Shown piece after piece: positions 55,508 to 64,000 of a DNA stretch of 64,000 nucleotides. Made by a program: the position numbers and the translations under genes. The notes under the pieces are model-generated. The model was not told where the DNA came from, did not search any database, and worked only from the letters and a program-made list of their open reading frames with translations. Where the stretch lies: the NCBI GenBank assembly GCA_964481255.1, contig CAYZTZ010000002.1, forward strand, positions 39,131 through 103,130, read 5' to 3'. The DNA comes from an uncultured Acidobacteriota bacterium. GTDB taxonomy: Bacteria; Acidobacteriota; UBA6911. The stretch's first letter is position 1; each line of letters starts with the position of its first letter.

Positions 55508-56467
55508 ATGAATAAGGTTCGAGTTGGGGTCGTAGGGGTGGGCGCTTTGGGCCGGCATCACGCGCGGGTCTACGCCGCCCTGCCGGAAGTCACCCTGGAA
55601 GGCGTCGTCGACATCTTCCCCGGAAGAGCCGAGGAGATCGCCGCGTCATCCGGGACAAGGGCCTTTTCGAATTACGCCGAACTCTTCGGAAAGGTCGATG
55701 CCGTCAGCATCGCGTGTCCGACGACTCTTCACGCGGAAATCGGGGAAGAGTTCCTCAAGCGGGGCGTTCATGTGCTGGTCGAAAAACCGATCGCCCGTTC
55801 CCTGGAGGACGCGGACCGACTGATCCGGGCGGCTGAGGAGAACGGACGCGTTCTGCAGGTCGGACACCTCGAGCGCTTTAATCCCGCGGTGGTCGAGCTG
55901 CGCGGCATCGTGCGCAGACCCCGTTTCTTCGAGGCGCACCGCATGGGCCTTTTCTCTCCGCGAAGCCTCGACATCGACGTCATCCTCGACCTGATGATCC
56001 ATGACCTGGACATCATCGGCCTGCTGGTGCCGTCTCCCGTGGAGCGCCTCACGGCCGTGGGGATCGCCATCCTGACGGACCGCATCGACATCGCCAATAC
56101 ACGGATCCAGTTCGCGGACGGGTGCGTGGCCAACGTCACCGCCAGCCGGGTGTCCATGGAAAAAATACGCAAGCTGCGTCTGTTTCAGAAGCAGGAGTAT
56201 ATTTCGCTCGACTACACAAGACAGGATGTGGCGATTTTCAGTCTGAACCGCAAACCGGGCGGGGGCATCCCGGACATTGTCAGCCGCAAATTAGCGCCTG
56301 AAAAAAAGGAACCGCTCCATGAGGAATTGCGTTCCTTTATCAAAGCCGTTCGAGGGGTGGGGCCGGTGGAATGCACCGGCGGGGACGGACGGAAGGCCTT
56401 AGCTCTGGCCCTGCAGATACTGGAGCAGGCCGAAATGGCTCAGGCCGCTGAATTTGACAGATCTTAG
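55508..56467 (+). CDS. Gfo/Idh/MocA-family NAD(P)-dependent oxidoreductase
   Basis: N-terminal Rossmann fold VRVGVVGVGALGRHHARVY and EKPIA motif VLVEKPIARS. Confidence 0.85.
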   Translation: MNKVRVGVVGVGALGRHHARVYAALPEVTLEGVVDIFPGRAEEIAASSGTRAFSNYAELFGKVDAVSIACPTTLHAEIGEEFLKRGVHVLVEKPIARSLEDADRLIRAAEENGRVLQVGHLERFNPAVVELRGIVRRPRFFEAHRMGLFSPRSLDIDVILDLMIHDLDIIGLLVPSPVERLTAVGIAILTDRIDIANTRIQFADGCVANVTASRVSMEKIRKLRLFQKQEYISLDYTRQDVAIFSLNRKPGGGIPDIVSRKLAPEKKEPLHEELRSFIKAVRGVGPVECTGGDGRKALALALQILEQAEMAQAAEFDRS

Positions 56468-56511
56468 AGCCCTTTTCTATACTTAATTGGATTTCGCGGC
56501 GGAGCGGTCGG

Positions 56512-57498
56512 ATGCTGGATTTCGCCATATCCCAAAACCAGAGGAAGCCCCTGACGGGGCGCATCGTCGCCTCCTGGTTCGCCAGCTTCATTTGCCACGC
56601 GATGATGCTGCTCGTGCTTATCGAGTATCCGGAACTGCTTCGAGGCGGCATGTACCATCGATTCCACGGCATAGGGTCGGCCCCGGACCCGGATCTGGGA
56701 AACGATAAGAACTGGCGCACCGTAGCTGTTCTGAAGGATCCGTCCCGCATGATGGCCCCTTCGGCGGCCACACTCCGAAAATATGCTTACGATTGGAACC
56801 GCAAGGAGCCTGAGGCGCCGCCCATACGCATCCGCTGGGGGGATGAGCCGAAGGCGACCGTGCTGGAGGATGCCGAGTCCATAGCCAGGGCGAGATCGCT
56901 TCAGCAGCCGGCGCCCGCGCCTGTTGCGGCCCAACCCCTGCCGCCGGCCGGCGCGGATTCCGCCCCCGCGCCTTCCGCAGGAGACGCCCGGGCCGCTTCA
57001 AACGCCAAGGCCGGGGGGTTTTTGCCGCCGCCGGGAGCTGAAGTGAAACCTTCTTCGGACACGGCTGCGCTTGCCGCTCCGGGATCTATTCCGGCGACGG
57101 AAGCAGGGACCGGCGCAAAGAGCCCGGGCAAGCCTGAACCTCCTGTCAGGATTTTTGATAATGAACAGCAGGCCCTTCGCAGCCCCGAGGGGGGCTTGTT
57201 CGACACCAAGGGATACCCGCTTGGGGAATACGCGAATCTTATTATCGAACGAATCAAGGGGAAATGGTTCATACCGTCAAACCTCCGCAATTCCCAGGGG
57301 CACACGACCATCGTATTTTTTATAGACAAGAACGGCCAGTTTACCGATGCCCGCATCGTCATGCCTTCCGGAAACGATTCCCTGGATCTCGCCGCCCTGA
57401 ACGCGGTGATGTCCTCCAACCCTTTTCCGCCTTTGCCGAAAGGCTTCCCCGGAGATCGTGTGGGCGCCAAGTTTGTTTTTTCCTATAACGAACCTTAA
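56512..57498 (+). CDS. TonB-family protein (N-terminal TM anchor, Pro/Ala-rich linker, TonB_C domain)
   Basis: TM segment IVASWFASFICHAMMLLVLI, a Pro/Ala-rich spacer, and a C-terminal KGKWFIPSNLRNSQGHTTIVFFIDKNGQFTDARIVMPSGNDSLDLAALNAVMSSNPFPPLP. Confidence 0.7.
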   Translation: MLDFAISQNQRKPLTGRIVASWFASFICHAMMLLVLIEYPELLRGGMYHRFHGIGSAPDPDLGNDKNWRTVAVLKDPSRMMAPSAATLRKYAYDWNRKEPEAPPIRIRWGDEPKATVLEDAESIARARSLQQPAPAPVAAQPLPPAGADSAPAPSAGDARAASNAKAGGFLPPPGAEVKPSSDTAALAAPGSIPATEAGTGAKSPGKPEPPVRIFDNEQQALRSPEGGLFDTKGYPLGEYANLIIERIKGKWFIPSNLRNSQGHTTIVFFIDKNGQFTDARIVMPSGNDSLDLAALNAVMSSNPFPPLPKGFPGDRVGAKFVFSYNEP

Positions 57499-57525
57499 CG
57501 AGAGACGAGGGACTGAGGAAGCCCG

Positions 57526-60027
57526 TTGTTGAATTCTGCGAGTCGCCAAGCCCTTGATTCGTTCCGGCGCCGGCCTTGCGGGGGCGGCATCTTCGGTTTG
57601 CTGGATCCGCGGGTTCACAGCACCCGCTTGCTTGCTTTGGGAATCCTGATCTGCCTGGCAGCCTGTTCGTCCGCATGCGGAAGACACAAGGCGCAGGCTA
57701 AGCCCCCGGCGCCGCCTCCTTCCGCAACTCAACGAACGGAACCTCCCAAAAAAAAGATGCCTCCGGTTTCTCCGGCGCCCCCCGCGGCGGATAAATCAAA
57801 GCGCCCCGCTGTTGCGAGGCCTGCCGCAAAGGCTGTGGAAACCGGCGTCCCGGAGGCCGGGACTTCGCCCGGTCCCGAGATCCGGATCGGTCTGCTCACG
57901 GCCGCGAAGGAAATCCGCGTGTCATCTCCGGGTCCCTACTATCTGTCCGACAGGACGGCCGAATCCATGCCGCTCCTCCTGCAGGGTGATGTGAATGTCC
58001 GCCAGGGGCAGGAGGTCGAGGAATCCATCGAGATTTTCCGCGTCCAGGCGGCCTCCTTCTCCAGGGCGGAAGCGGCTGAAAGCCAGAGAAACGTTTTGGC
58101 CGGCCTGTTCACCGTCCCCATCGTCGTGCACGAAAATTCCGCGGCGGGCCTGTATCAGGTCAGGCTGGGGGAATTTTCAAAAAAAGAGGACGCGCAGGCT
58201 CTTCTCAAGAATCTCGCGGAGGCAGGCTATCCCGACGCCTTCGTGGTCCGGGAATCCGTGTCGGCCGGAGGCGGCAAAGCCACCTTCGTCCTGCGCGGCC
58301 AGGACGGGTTCGAACGGAGGAGTTCGACGGGCTTTCTTCTCCAGCCGGCCTCGCCGCGGGATCTTCTTTCCTTGAATGGGAAGCCCTATCGGGGCGCTCT
58401 GGACATTATGCCGGACGCGAACGGGCGCATGACGGTCGTCAACCAGCTGGCGATGGAGGACTACCTGCTCGGCGTCGTCCCCGCCGAGATCAGCCCGACC
58501 CAATACCCGGAATTCGCGGCGCTGGCGGCCCAGGCCATCGCCGCAAGGACTTACGCCCTCAAGAACATGGGGCGTTACCGCTCCATGGGCTTCGATTTGA
58601 GCGCCGACACAAGGACACAGGTGTACGACGGGGCCGCCGCGGAAAAGGAGGCCACCAACGAGGCGGTGCGCCGGACATCCGGCCTGGCGATCTATTACGG
58701 GGATCAGCTTATCGACGCCATGTATATGTCCACATGCGGGGGCCGCACCGAGGATTACTCCCTTGTCTTCGACGCACCGCCGGTTCCGTATCTGAAGAGC
58801 GTCTTTTGCGCCGTCGAAGGAGGCGTTGAAAACAGTGAAATGATCCTGGAGGGAGAACACGCTCTGGAACAGGTGATCCTATCGGACGAGGGAACGGTCG
58901 CCAATCGCAACATCGAGCTGGCCCGTCTTCTCGGATTAATCGATGCCGGCACCGAAATGTCCGCGGAGTTTCTCGCGGGCGCCATCGGGAAAGGCGAAGC
59001 CGAACAATGGATCCGCGACGCGTCGAGGATCGGCCCGAGGCCCGATCCGGGCGATTATTCTTCAAGCGCGCAGTCAGGCACGCGGGCCGGCTTTCTCGTG
59101 CTTGCGGCGCAAGCATTCTTCGGCGCGGACGAGATTGAGAGAAGGACGTCCGCCAGGGACGTGGACTATTACATGGGCAACCTCCGGGACGGGGATGCGG
59201 TGCAGGGACAGGCCCGATCCGTTCTCGCCTACCTGATGCAAAGAGGACTGTGGCATCCTCATCCGGACAATACCGCCCGGCCGGACGCGCCGATGAGCCG
59301 GGGCGAGGCGCTTTTCCTTCTTCAGCGCTGGGTGGAGTCCGCCAGGCCCGACATCCTGCGCCGGGGGACGTTCGTCGACGCCGTTCCTCCGCAAGCGAAT
59401 TCCGGTCCCGAGCGCGCGATCCGCATCAAAGGGGGCAGCCGCACGCAGGAATTTCCCGTTTCCCCGAAGCCGCGCCTGTTCAGGCTGGACCGGGGACGGG
59501 TGACGCCCGTGAGCAGCCTGCGGCTGATAGGAAATGAGAAGCTGTCCTTCCACGTCGACGCGCTCGGGAAGATCGATTTCATCGAGGCGGAACTGAATCC
59601 GACCGGGGCCTCCAGCGACCGTTATTCCCCCGTGGCCACGTGGGACATGATTCTCACGCGCTCGGCGGTGGCGGAAAAACTGCGTCCCCTGGCCGGCGAT
59701 ATCGGAGAGTTCCGAGACCTGCAGCCGGCGCGCCTGGGCAATTCCGGGCGGGCGGTCCAGATTCAGGTCGTCGGCAGCCGCGGTTCGGCGGTCCTGAACG
59801 GCTACAAGGTCCGGAACGCCCTCGGACTGCGCGACACGCTGTTCACGATCACGCGCGAGCTTCACCCCGACGGCAGCATCGCCAGTTTTCGATTTCACGG
59901 ACGGGGATGGGGACACGGCGTCGGGTTGTGCCAGGTCGGAGCCTTCGGCATGGCGCGCGCCGGACGCAGCTATGAGGAAATACTCAAAGCCTACTATCAG
60001 GGCGTGGAGATCCGCAGGGCCTATTAG
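57526..60027 (+). CDS. SpoIID/LytB-domain protein with an internal SPOR domain, lipoprotein-like signal
   Basis: LLALGILICLAAC signal, SPOR-like segment FRVQAASFSRAEAAES...YQVRLGEFSKKEDAQALL, SpoIID core EDYLLGVVPAEISP...ALAAQAIAARTYAL...TQVYDG...STCGGRTED, and a terminal GRGWGHGVGLCQVGA. Confidence 0.8.
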   Translation: MLNSASRQALDSFRRRPCGGGIFGLLDPRVHSTRLLALGILICLAACSSACGRHKAQAKPPAPPPSATQRTEPPKKKMPPVSPAPPAADKSKRPAVARPAAKAVETGVPEAGTSPGPEIRIGLLTAAKEIRVSSPGPYYLSDRTAESMPLLLQGDVNVRQGQEVEESIEIFRVQAASFSRAEAAESQRNVLAGLFTVPIVVHENSAAGLYQVRLGEFSKKEDAQALLKNLAEAGYPDAFVVRESVSAGGGKATFVLRGQDGFERRSSTGFLLQPASPRDLLSLNGKPYRGALDIMPDANGRMTVVNQLAMEDYLLGVVPAEISPTQYPEFAALAAQAIAARTYALKNMGRYRSMGFDLSADTRTQVYDGAAAEKEATNEAVRRTSGLAIYYGDQLIDAMYMSTCGGRTEDYSLVFDAPPVPYLKSVFCAVEGGVENSEMILEGEHALEQVILSDEGTVANRNIELARLLGLIDAGTEMSAEFLAGAIGKGEAEQWIRDASRIGPRPDPGDYSSSAQSGTRAGFLVLAAQAFFGADEIERRTSARDVDYYMGNLRDGDAVQGQARSVLAYLMQRGLWHPHPDNTARPDAPMSRGEALFLLQRWVESARPDILRRGTFVDAVPPQANSGPERAIRIKGGSRTQEFPVSPKPRLFRLDRGRVTPVSSLRLIGNEKLSFHVDALGKIDFIEAELNPTGASSDRYSPVATWDMILTRSAVAEKLRPLAGDIGEFRDLQPARLGNSGRAVQIQVVGSRGSAVLNGYKVRNALGLRDTLFTITRELHPDGSIASFRFHGRGWGHGVGLCQVGAFGMARAGRSYEEILKAYYQGVEIRRAY

Positions 60028-60067
60028 AACAGGATTGGAGATCCAGCCGAGGGGCTTCTCCCCTTGA

Positions 60068-60125
60068 AATCCCCGCGCGCAGGACAGGATGGTAAATTCG
60101 AGACTTTGGGTCGCGCGCGGGGATT
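60068..60125. repeat. Perfect 13-bp inverted repeat (AATCCCCGCGCGC / GCGCGCGGGGATT) with a 32-nt loop
   Basis: Arms at 60068-60080 and 60113-60125, in the intergenic region after the SpoIID-like gene. Directly followed by the direct repeat GAAGTCAGGAG at 60129-60139 and 60143-60153. Confidence 0.7.
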
Positions 60126-60428
60126 CAAGAAGTCAGGAGTCGGAAGTCAGGAGAGGAATACGGAAGAAAGAAGCAATTCCACATCCGCTTTCCCTTCTGT
60201 TGAAGCACCGGGAGGCCAGCGCTGAACCGGGAACTTCATTTCTTGAACTATTGGAGCCTGAGATTTTTCGAGTAAGCATCCAGGATTCGAGACGGAGACC
60301 CGGGGAGAGGCAGTCCGCCGTCGAATCCCGAATTGTTTCCATGGATCGCCGCCGTTCCCAATTGCTCGGAATCATCCTCCTGGCAGCGCTTTTGCTGCTG
60401 ATCGCCTGCATCCGCTATTATTTCAGAC

Positions 60429-61376
60429 TTGGGTGAGAGCGTGTCGAACGAATATCCCGGAATCGTTATCCTAGGCCCCACGGCCTCGGGGAAAACCCGC
60501 CTGGCCCTCGCCCTGGCTCCTCTCTTCCAAGGCGAAATCGTGAGTTGCGACGCGCTCCAGGTTTACAGGCACATGGATATAGGCACGGCCAAGGCCTCTG
60601 CGTCCGAGCGTCGATCCATCCGTCATCACATGCTGGACATCCGGAATCCCGACGAGGATTTTTCATCAGGGGACTACCAGAGAACGGCAAGACGCGCCCT
60701 GCAGGAGATCCGCAACCGCGGCGCCGTCCCCTTTGTGGTGGGGGGGTCCGGTTTCTACCTCCGGTCGCTGATCGACGGGCTGTTCGAAGGCCCTTCGCGC
60801 TCGGAGGAACTGAGGGCCCGAATGCGGCGGATCGTGAACCGCAGAGGCCCCGTAACCCTGCATCGGGCTCTCGGCCGCGTGGATACCGCGTCGGCCCGCC
60901 GGATCGCAGAGACCGACACGGCGCGCATCATCCGCGCCTATGAAGTCTATCTTGTCAGCGGGAAACCCATGAGCTGGTGGCAACAGCAGCCGAGAGACGC
61001 TCTCCGGGAATACCGTTGGCTGAAGCTCGGCATACAGCTGCCGCGCGAAGATCTGTACGCGAGAATCAACCGGCGCGTCGAAGAGATGTTCCGCGGCGGT
61101 TTGCTCGAGGAGGTCCGATGGCTGCTCGCGACGTACCCAAGGACCTGCCAGGCCTTCAAGGCTATCGGGTACCGCCAGGCGGCCGGATACATCGAAGGGA
61201 GACTTTCCCTGGAAGAAGCGATTGAGGAAACCAAAATGGAAAGCCGGCGTTACGCCAAAAGGCAGCGGACCTGGTTCCGCTCGGACCCGTCCGTCGTGTG
61301 GCTGGACGGCCGTCTGGAATTCCACGAGCTCATGGAAAAGGCATCGAGTCTGATAGCAGAGTTTGTGAAAACCTAG
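60429..61376 (+). CDS. miaA: tRNA dimethylallyltransferase
   Basis: P-loop GPTASGKT, then SCDALQVYRHMDIGTAK. About 310 aa. A GTG at 60441 is an alternative start. Confidence 0.9.
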   Translation: MGESVSNEYPGIVILGPTASGKTRLALALAPLFQGEIVSCDALQVYRHMDIGTAKASASERRSIRHHMLDIRNPDEDFSSGDYQRTARRALQEIRNRGAVPFVVGGSGFYLRSLIDGLFEGPSRSEELRARMRRIVNRRGPVTLHRALGRVDTASARRIAETDTARIIRAYEVYLVSGKPMSWWQQQPRDALREYRWLKLGIQLPREDLYARINRRVEEMFRGGLLEEVRWLLATYPRTCQAFKAIGYRQAAGYIEGRLSLEEAIEETKMESRRYAKRQRTWFRSDPSVVWLDGRLEFHELMEKASSLIAEFVKT

Positions 61377-61744
61377 AGACGCCATGTCCGCAGTCGGAGC
61401 GATTCGGGCATGCCGTCGAGGCGCTGCCGCCGGTCCTTGGCCGGATATCCCTCGAATCCAAGGCCCCAGCACCGGCAGGACCCGAGGCAGCGCCCTCCGG
61501 AATTCTGCGAGCGCACTTTCCGTGCCACCGCCCGGCGGGCAATCGCGTCTCGGGGAATTCGTTGAATGCGCGGCCTTTAGAGACGATTGCCGGAATCGGC
61601 GCGCGGATAAAAATGATTAAGGATGCTCACTTGAGCAAACCCAAATGAAGCCCGCCGCGCCAAACGCGAACACCGTACGGCTCTGGAGCAGCCGCACTCA
61701 CAAAGACCCCAGACGTCGCGGAATTTCCGTTCTATAATGATCGT

Positions 61745-63226
61745 ATGAGATATGATGCTGTGATAGGGCTCGAAGTGCACGCGCAGCTGCTTACGCGCAG
61801 CAAGCTTTTCTGCGGCTGCAGCACGCAATTCGGGGCTCCGCCCAATTCCAACACATGCCCCGTCTGTTTGGGCCTTCCCGGAGCTCTCCCCGTCCTAAAC
61901 CGGGAAGCCGTCGCCATGGCGGTCAAGACCGCCCTGGCATTGGGCTGCCGGATCAACACCGTATCCGTTTTCGCGCGGAAGAATTACTTTTACCCGGACC
62001 TGCCCAAAGGTTACCAGATCTCGCAATTCGACCGCCCCCTGGGAGAGCACGGGCGCGTGACCGTTTTTTCCGGCCAAAGGTCGGAGACAGGAAAAATCAC
62101 GGGCTGGAAGGAAAAAACCTTCGGCATCACCCGCCTCCACCTGGAGGATGACGCCGGGAAATCGATTCACGAAGGGATGCCCGAAGCCGCTGCAAAATCC
62201 TACGTCAATCTGAACCGATGCGGCGTTCCGCTGGTGGAAATCGTCAGCGAGCCCGACTTCCGAACCAGCCAGGAAGCTTACGATTTCCTGACGCACCTGC
62301 GCAGGACCCTTCTCTATCTGGGCGTGTGCGACGGCAATATGGAAGAGGGGAGCCTGCGGTGCGACGCGAACGTCTCCGTCCGGCCCGCGGGCTCGGAACG
62401 TTTCGGCACCAAGGTCGAGATCAAGAACCTCAATTCCTTCCGGTTCCTGCAGAGAGCCCTGGATTATGAAATCGAGCGTCAGACGCGCCTTGTGTCCGAA
62501 GGCGGCGAAATCGTTCAGGAAACGCGCCTATGGGACGAGTCGGAGGGGCGCACCTGCCCGATGCGCAGCAAGGAGGAGGCCCACGATTATCGCTATTTCC
62601 CGGAACCGGACCTGCCGCCGTTAAGATTGGATCCCGGGTGGATCGAGGGCGTGAGACAAGGGCTCCCGGAGCTCCCCGCCGCCAGAATGAAACGGATGAT
62701 GGAACAATACGGCCTTGCAGCGGACGACGCCCTGCTTCTGACCGCCACCTCCTCTATGGCGGACTATTATGAAGAGTGCGCGAAGCAATCCGGGAATCCC
62801 CGCTCGTCCGCCAATTGGATCATGGGGGACCTTGCCTATGTCCTCAAGAGTTCCGGCGTGGATATACGCGATTGCCCCGTCCCGCCGGGACATTTGGCCG
62901 CATTGATCCGGGCCGTGGATTCAGGGGAAATCTCGGGGAAGATCGCGAAAACGGTCTTTGAGGAAATGGTCCGAAGCGCGGAGGAGCCGGCAACCGTCAT
63001 CCGGCGCCTGGGACTCGTTCAAATGAGTGACGCCTCCAGTCTGGGGGCCGTCATCGACGCGGTCCTGGCCTCCAACCCGAAACAGGTGGCCGAATACCGA
63101 GCCGGGAAGGCAAAGGTTTTCGGTTATTTCGTCGGCCTGGTGATGAAGGAAACGAAGGGGAGGGCCAATCCGCAAATCGTCAACGATTTGCTCCAAAGCA
63201 AGCTCGGCGGCGGACCCGATCCATAG
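61745..63226 (+). CDS. gatB: Asp-tRNA(Asn)/Glu-tRNA(Gln) amidotransferase subunit B
   Basis: VIGLEVHAQL, KLFCGCS...NSNTCPVCLGLPGALPVLN, and a C-terminal YqeY/GatB tail (ANPQIVNDLL). Confidence 0.95.
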   Translation: MRYDAVIGLEVHAQLLTRSKLFCGCSTQFGAPPNSNTCPVCLGLPGALPVLNREAVAMAVKTALALGCRINTVSVFARKNYFYPDLPKGYQISQFDRPLGEHGRVTVFSGQRSETGKITGWKEKTFGITRLHLEDDAGKSIHEGMPEAAAKSYVNLNRCGVPLVEIVSEPDFRTSQEAYDFLTHLRRTLLYLGVCDGNMEEGSLRCDANVSVRPAGSERFGTKVEIKNLNSFRFLQRALDYEIERQTRLVSEGGEIVQETRLWDESEGRTCPMRSKEEAHDYRYFPEPDLPPLRLDPGWIEGVRQGLPELPAARMKRMMEQYGLAADDALLLTATSSMADYYEECAKQSGNPRSSANWIMGDLAYVLKSSGVDIRDCPVPPGHLAALIRAVDSGEISGKIAKTVFEEMVRSAEEPATVIRRLGLVQMSDASSLGAVIDAVLASNPKQVAEYRAGKAKVFGYFVGLVMKETKGRANPQIVNDLLQSKLGGGPDP

Positions 63227-63228
63227 AA

Positions 63229-63837
63229 ATGGGAGCTCGTGTTTTTATGGCTCAGGATGCAAGCGGGACCGGCAGGACGGGCCGTTCCGAAAAAAGAACG
63301 AAAGCGACCGATCTGCGCCGGGAGCAGATCCGGTCCAAGCTCGCACGGCCGATGCGGAACGGCGGAGAACATCCGCGTTTTGTCGCGGACGTGATGCTGG
63401 GCCGCCTGGCGAAATGGCTCCGCATCGCCGGGTTCGACGTCCTGTACTCCAACCGGTTTTCCGACGACGAGCTTGTCGCGATTTCCAACCGCGAACGGCG
63501 CATATTGCTGTCCCGCGACACCGGGCTCCTCGTCCGGAAGGCTGTCCAGGATTTCATCTTTCTGGAAAGCGAGGATATCGGGGAACAGATCCGGCAGGTC
63601 CTCGACACCCTTCGGGCCCGCCGCCTCCCCCTTATGTTCACGCGGTGCCTCGAGTGCAACGAAACCCTCGTGGAAGCGCCGCGCAAGAGCGTCAGGGACC
63701 GAATCCCGGTATTTGTCTACAGAACGCAAGATCGATTTATGTCGTGTCCCAAGTGCGGAAAGGTTTTCTGGGCCGGGACGCACCGCCGATCTGCGGTGCG
63801 GACTCTGGGAAACCTCTTGCCGCGTTCCTTCTCCTGA
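63229..63837 (+). CDS. Mut7-C RNase-domain (DUF82-type, PIN-like plus zinc ribbon) protein
   Basis: RFVADVMLGRLAKWLRIAGFDVLY, then two Cys pairs (CLECN and CPKCGKVFWAGTH). The true start may be the internal Met at 63352. Confidence 0.7.
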   Translation: MGARVFMAQDASGTGRTGRSEKRTKATDLRREQIRSKLARPMRNGGEHPRFVADVMLGRLAKWLRIAGFDVLYSNRFSDDELVAISNRERRILLSRDTGLLVRKAVQDFIFLESEDIGEQIRQVLDTLRARRLPLMFTRCLECNETLVEAPRKSVRDRIPVFVYRTQDRFMSCPKCGKVFWAGTHRRSAVRTLGNLLPRSFS

Positions 63838-63846
63838 ACGGAGGTT

Positions 63847-64000
63847 ATGGTGCAAACGCTTATATATGGCGCATGGGTGGCGGCCTGTCTCGCATGGGCC
63901 GCGGTGGGCTCAAGGGCGGCGGATGCGCCGGGATCGTCGCCGACGTCTCCCGCGCGCGCCGGCGTCACGGTGTCCGGTATCCTGGAGTGCGGTGAAGGCT
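63847..64000 (+). CDS. 5' end of a secreted or exported protein; the gene runs off the window
   Basis: ATG at 63847 preceded by GGAGG at 63840-63844. The translation MVQTLIYGAWVAACLAWAAVGSRAADA looks like a signal peptide. The frame is open to nt 64000. Confidence 0.3.
   Translation, partial: MVQTLIYGAWVAACLAWAAVGSRAADAPGSSPTSPARAGVTVSGILECGEG

Noticed and set aside
60129-60175. GTCAGG...GGAAG tract considered as the SRP (4.5S) RNA conserved domain.
   Set aside because: It lacks the complementary 3' half and the GGAA/AGCA symmetric-loop context of SRP RNA. I kept it only as a speculative GGA-rich element.
61377-61744. The 370-nt gap between miaA and gatB, which holds several 70-116-codon ORFs on both strands.
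   Set aside because: None of these ORFs has a plausible start codon with an RBS or any recognisable motif. I also saw no convincing RNA structure signature. I leave it as unexplained non-coding sequence.

Overview
GC-rich chromosomal segment from a diderm bacterium. The gene content looks Acidobacteriota-like, but that is inference only. I can support about 55 protein genes, no rRNA or tRNA, no CRISPR array and no intact transposase or phage genes.

Layout, left to right:
- 1-6.3 kb: 3' end of a tandem hotdog hydratase, a MoxR-type AAA+/VWA pair, a CitE-like lyase, a DUF5658-like membrane protein and queG.
- 6.4-20.5 kb: an ABC-transporter-dependent surface-glycan locus with an epimerase, GT4, a WaaL/Wzy_C-like ligase, wzm, wzt with a C-terminal glycan-binding-type domain, a GT2-GT4 fusion and four more GT2 genes.
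- 20.5-22.6 kb: tsaD and mtnA.
- 22.7-28.2 kb: a near-consensus promoter and a cobalamin riboswitch driving a translationally coupled btuF/C/D-like ABC importer plus a TonB-dependent receptor.
- 28.3-33.2 kb: a 1047-aa methyltransferase / coiled-coil / GT2 / GT4 protein, followed by an HddA-like kinase and an HddC-like nucleotidyltransferase.
- 33.3-40.1 kb, minus strand: a tetR - MFP - RND operon.
- 40.2-64 kb: housekeeping and envelope genes (pgsA, DUF512, ribH, nusB, lysS, lolCE/lolD, clpC, bamA, skp, fabZ, lpxA, lpxI, a Gfo/Idh/MocA oxidoreductase, a TonB-like protein, a SpoIID/SPOR protein, miaA, gatB, a Mut7-C protein).

Most unusual observations:
- The RND pump and a complete TolC-like outer-membrane factor, with its own signal peptide, share one uninterrupted 1573-codon frame. 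The junction is GGGG-TAATG, so one G fewer would restore a canonical stop/start overlap.
- The methyltransferase / coiled-coil (3 x 84 bp tandem repeat) / GT2 / GT4 architecture, together with a Wzt carrying a C-terminal domain, looks like a WbdD/WbbB-type chain-length ruler and terminator fused to a polymerase.
- Two copies of a repeat element built from inverted arrays of the heptamer AGCGGTY overlap gene stop codons.
- A 13-bp perfect stem-loop followed by a GGA-rich direct repeat lies upstream of miaA.

All functional calls rest on motif recognition by eye. No searches were run.
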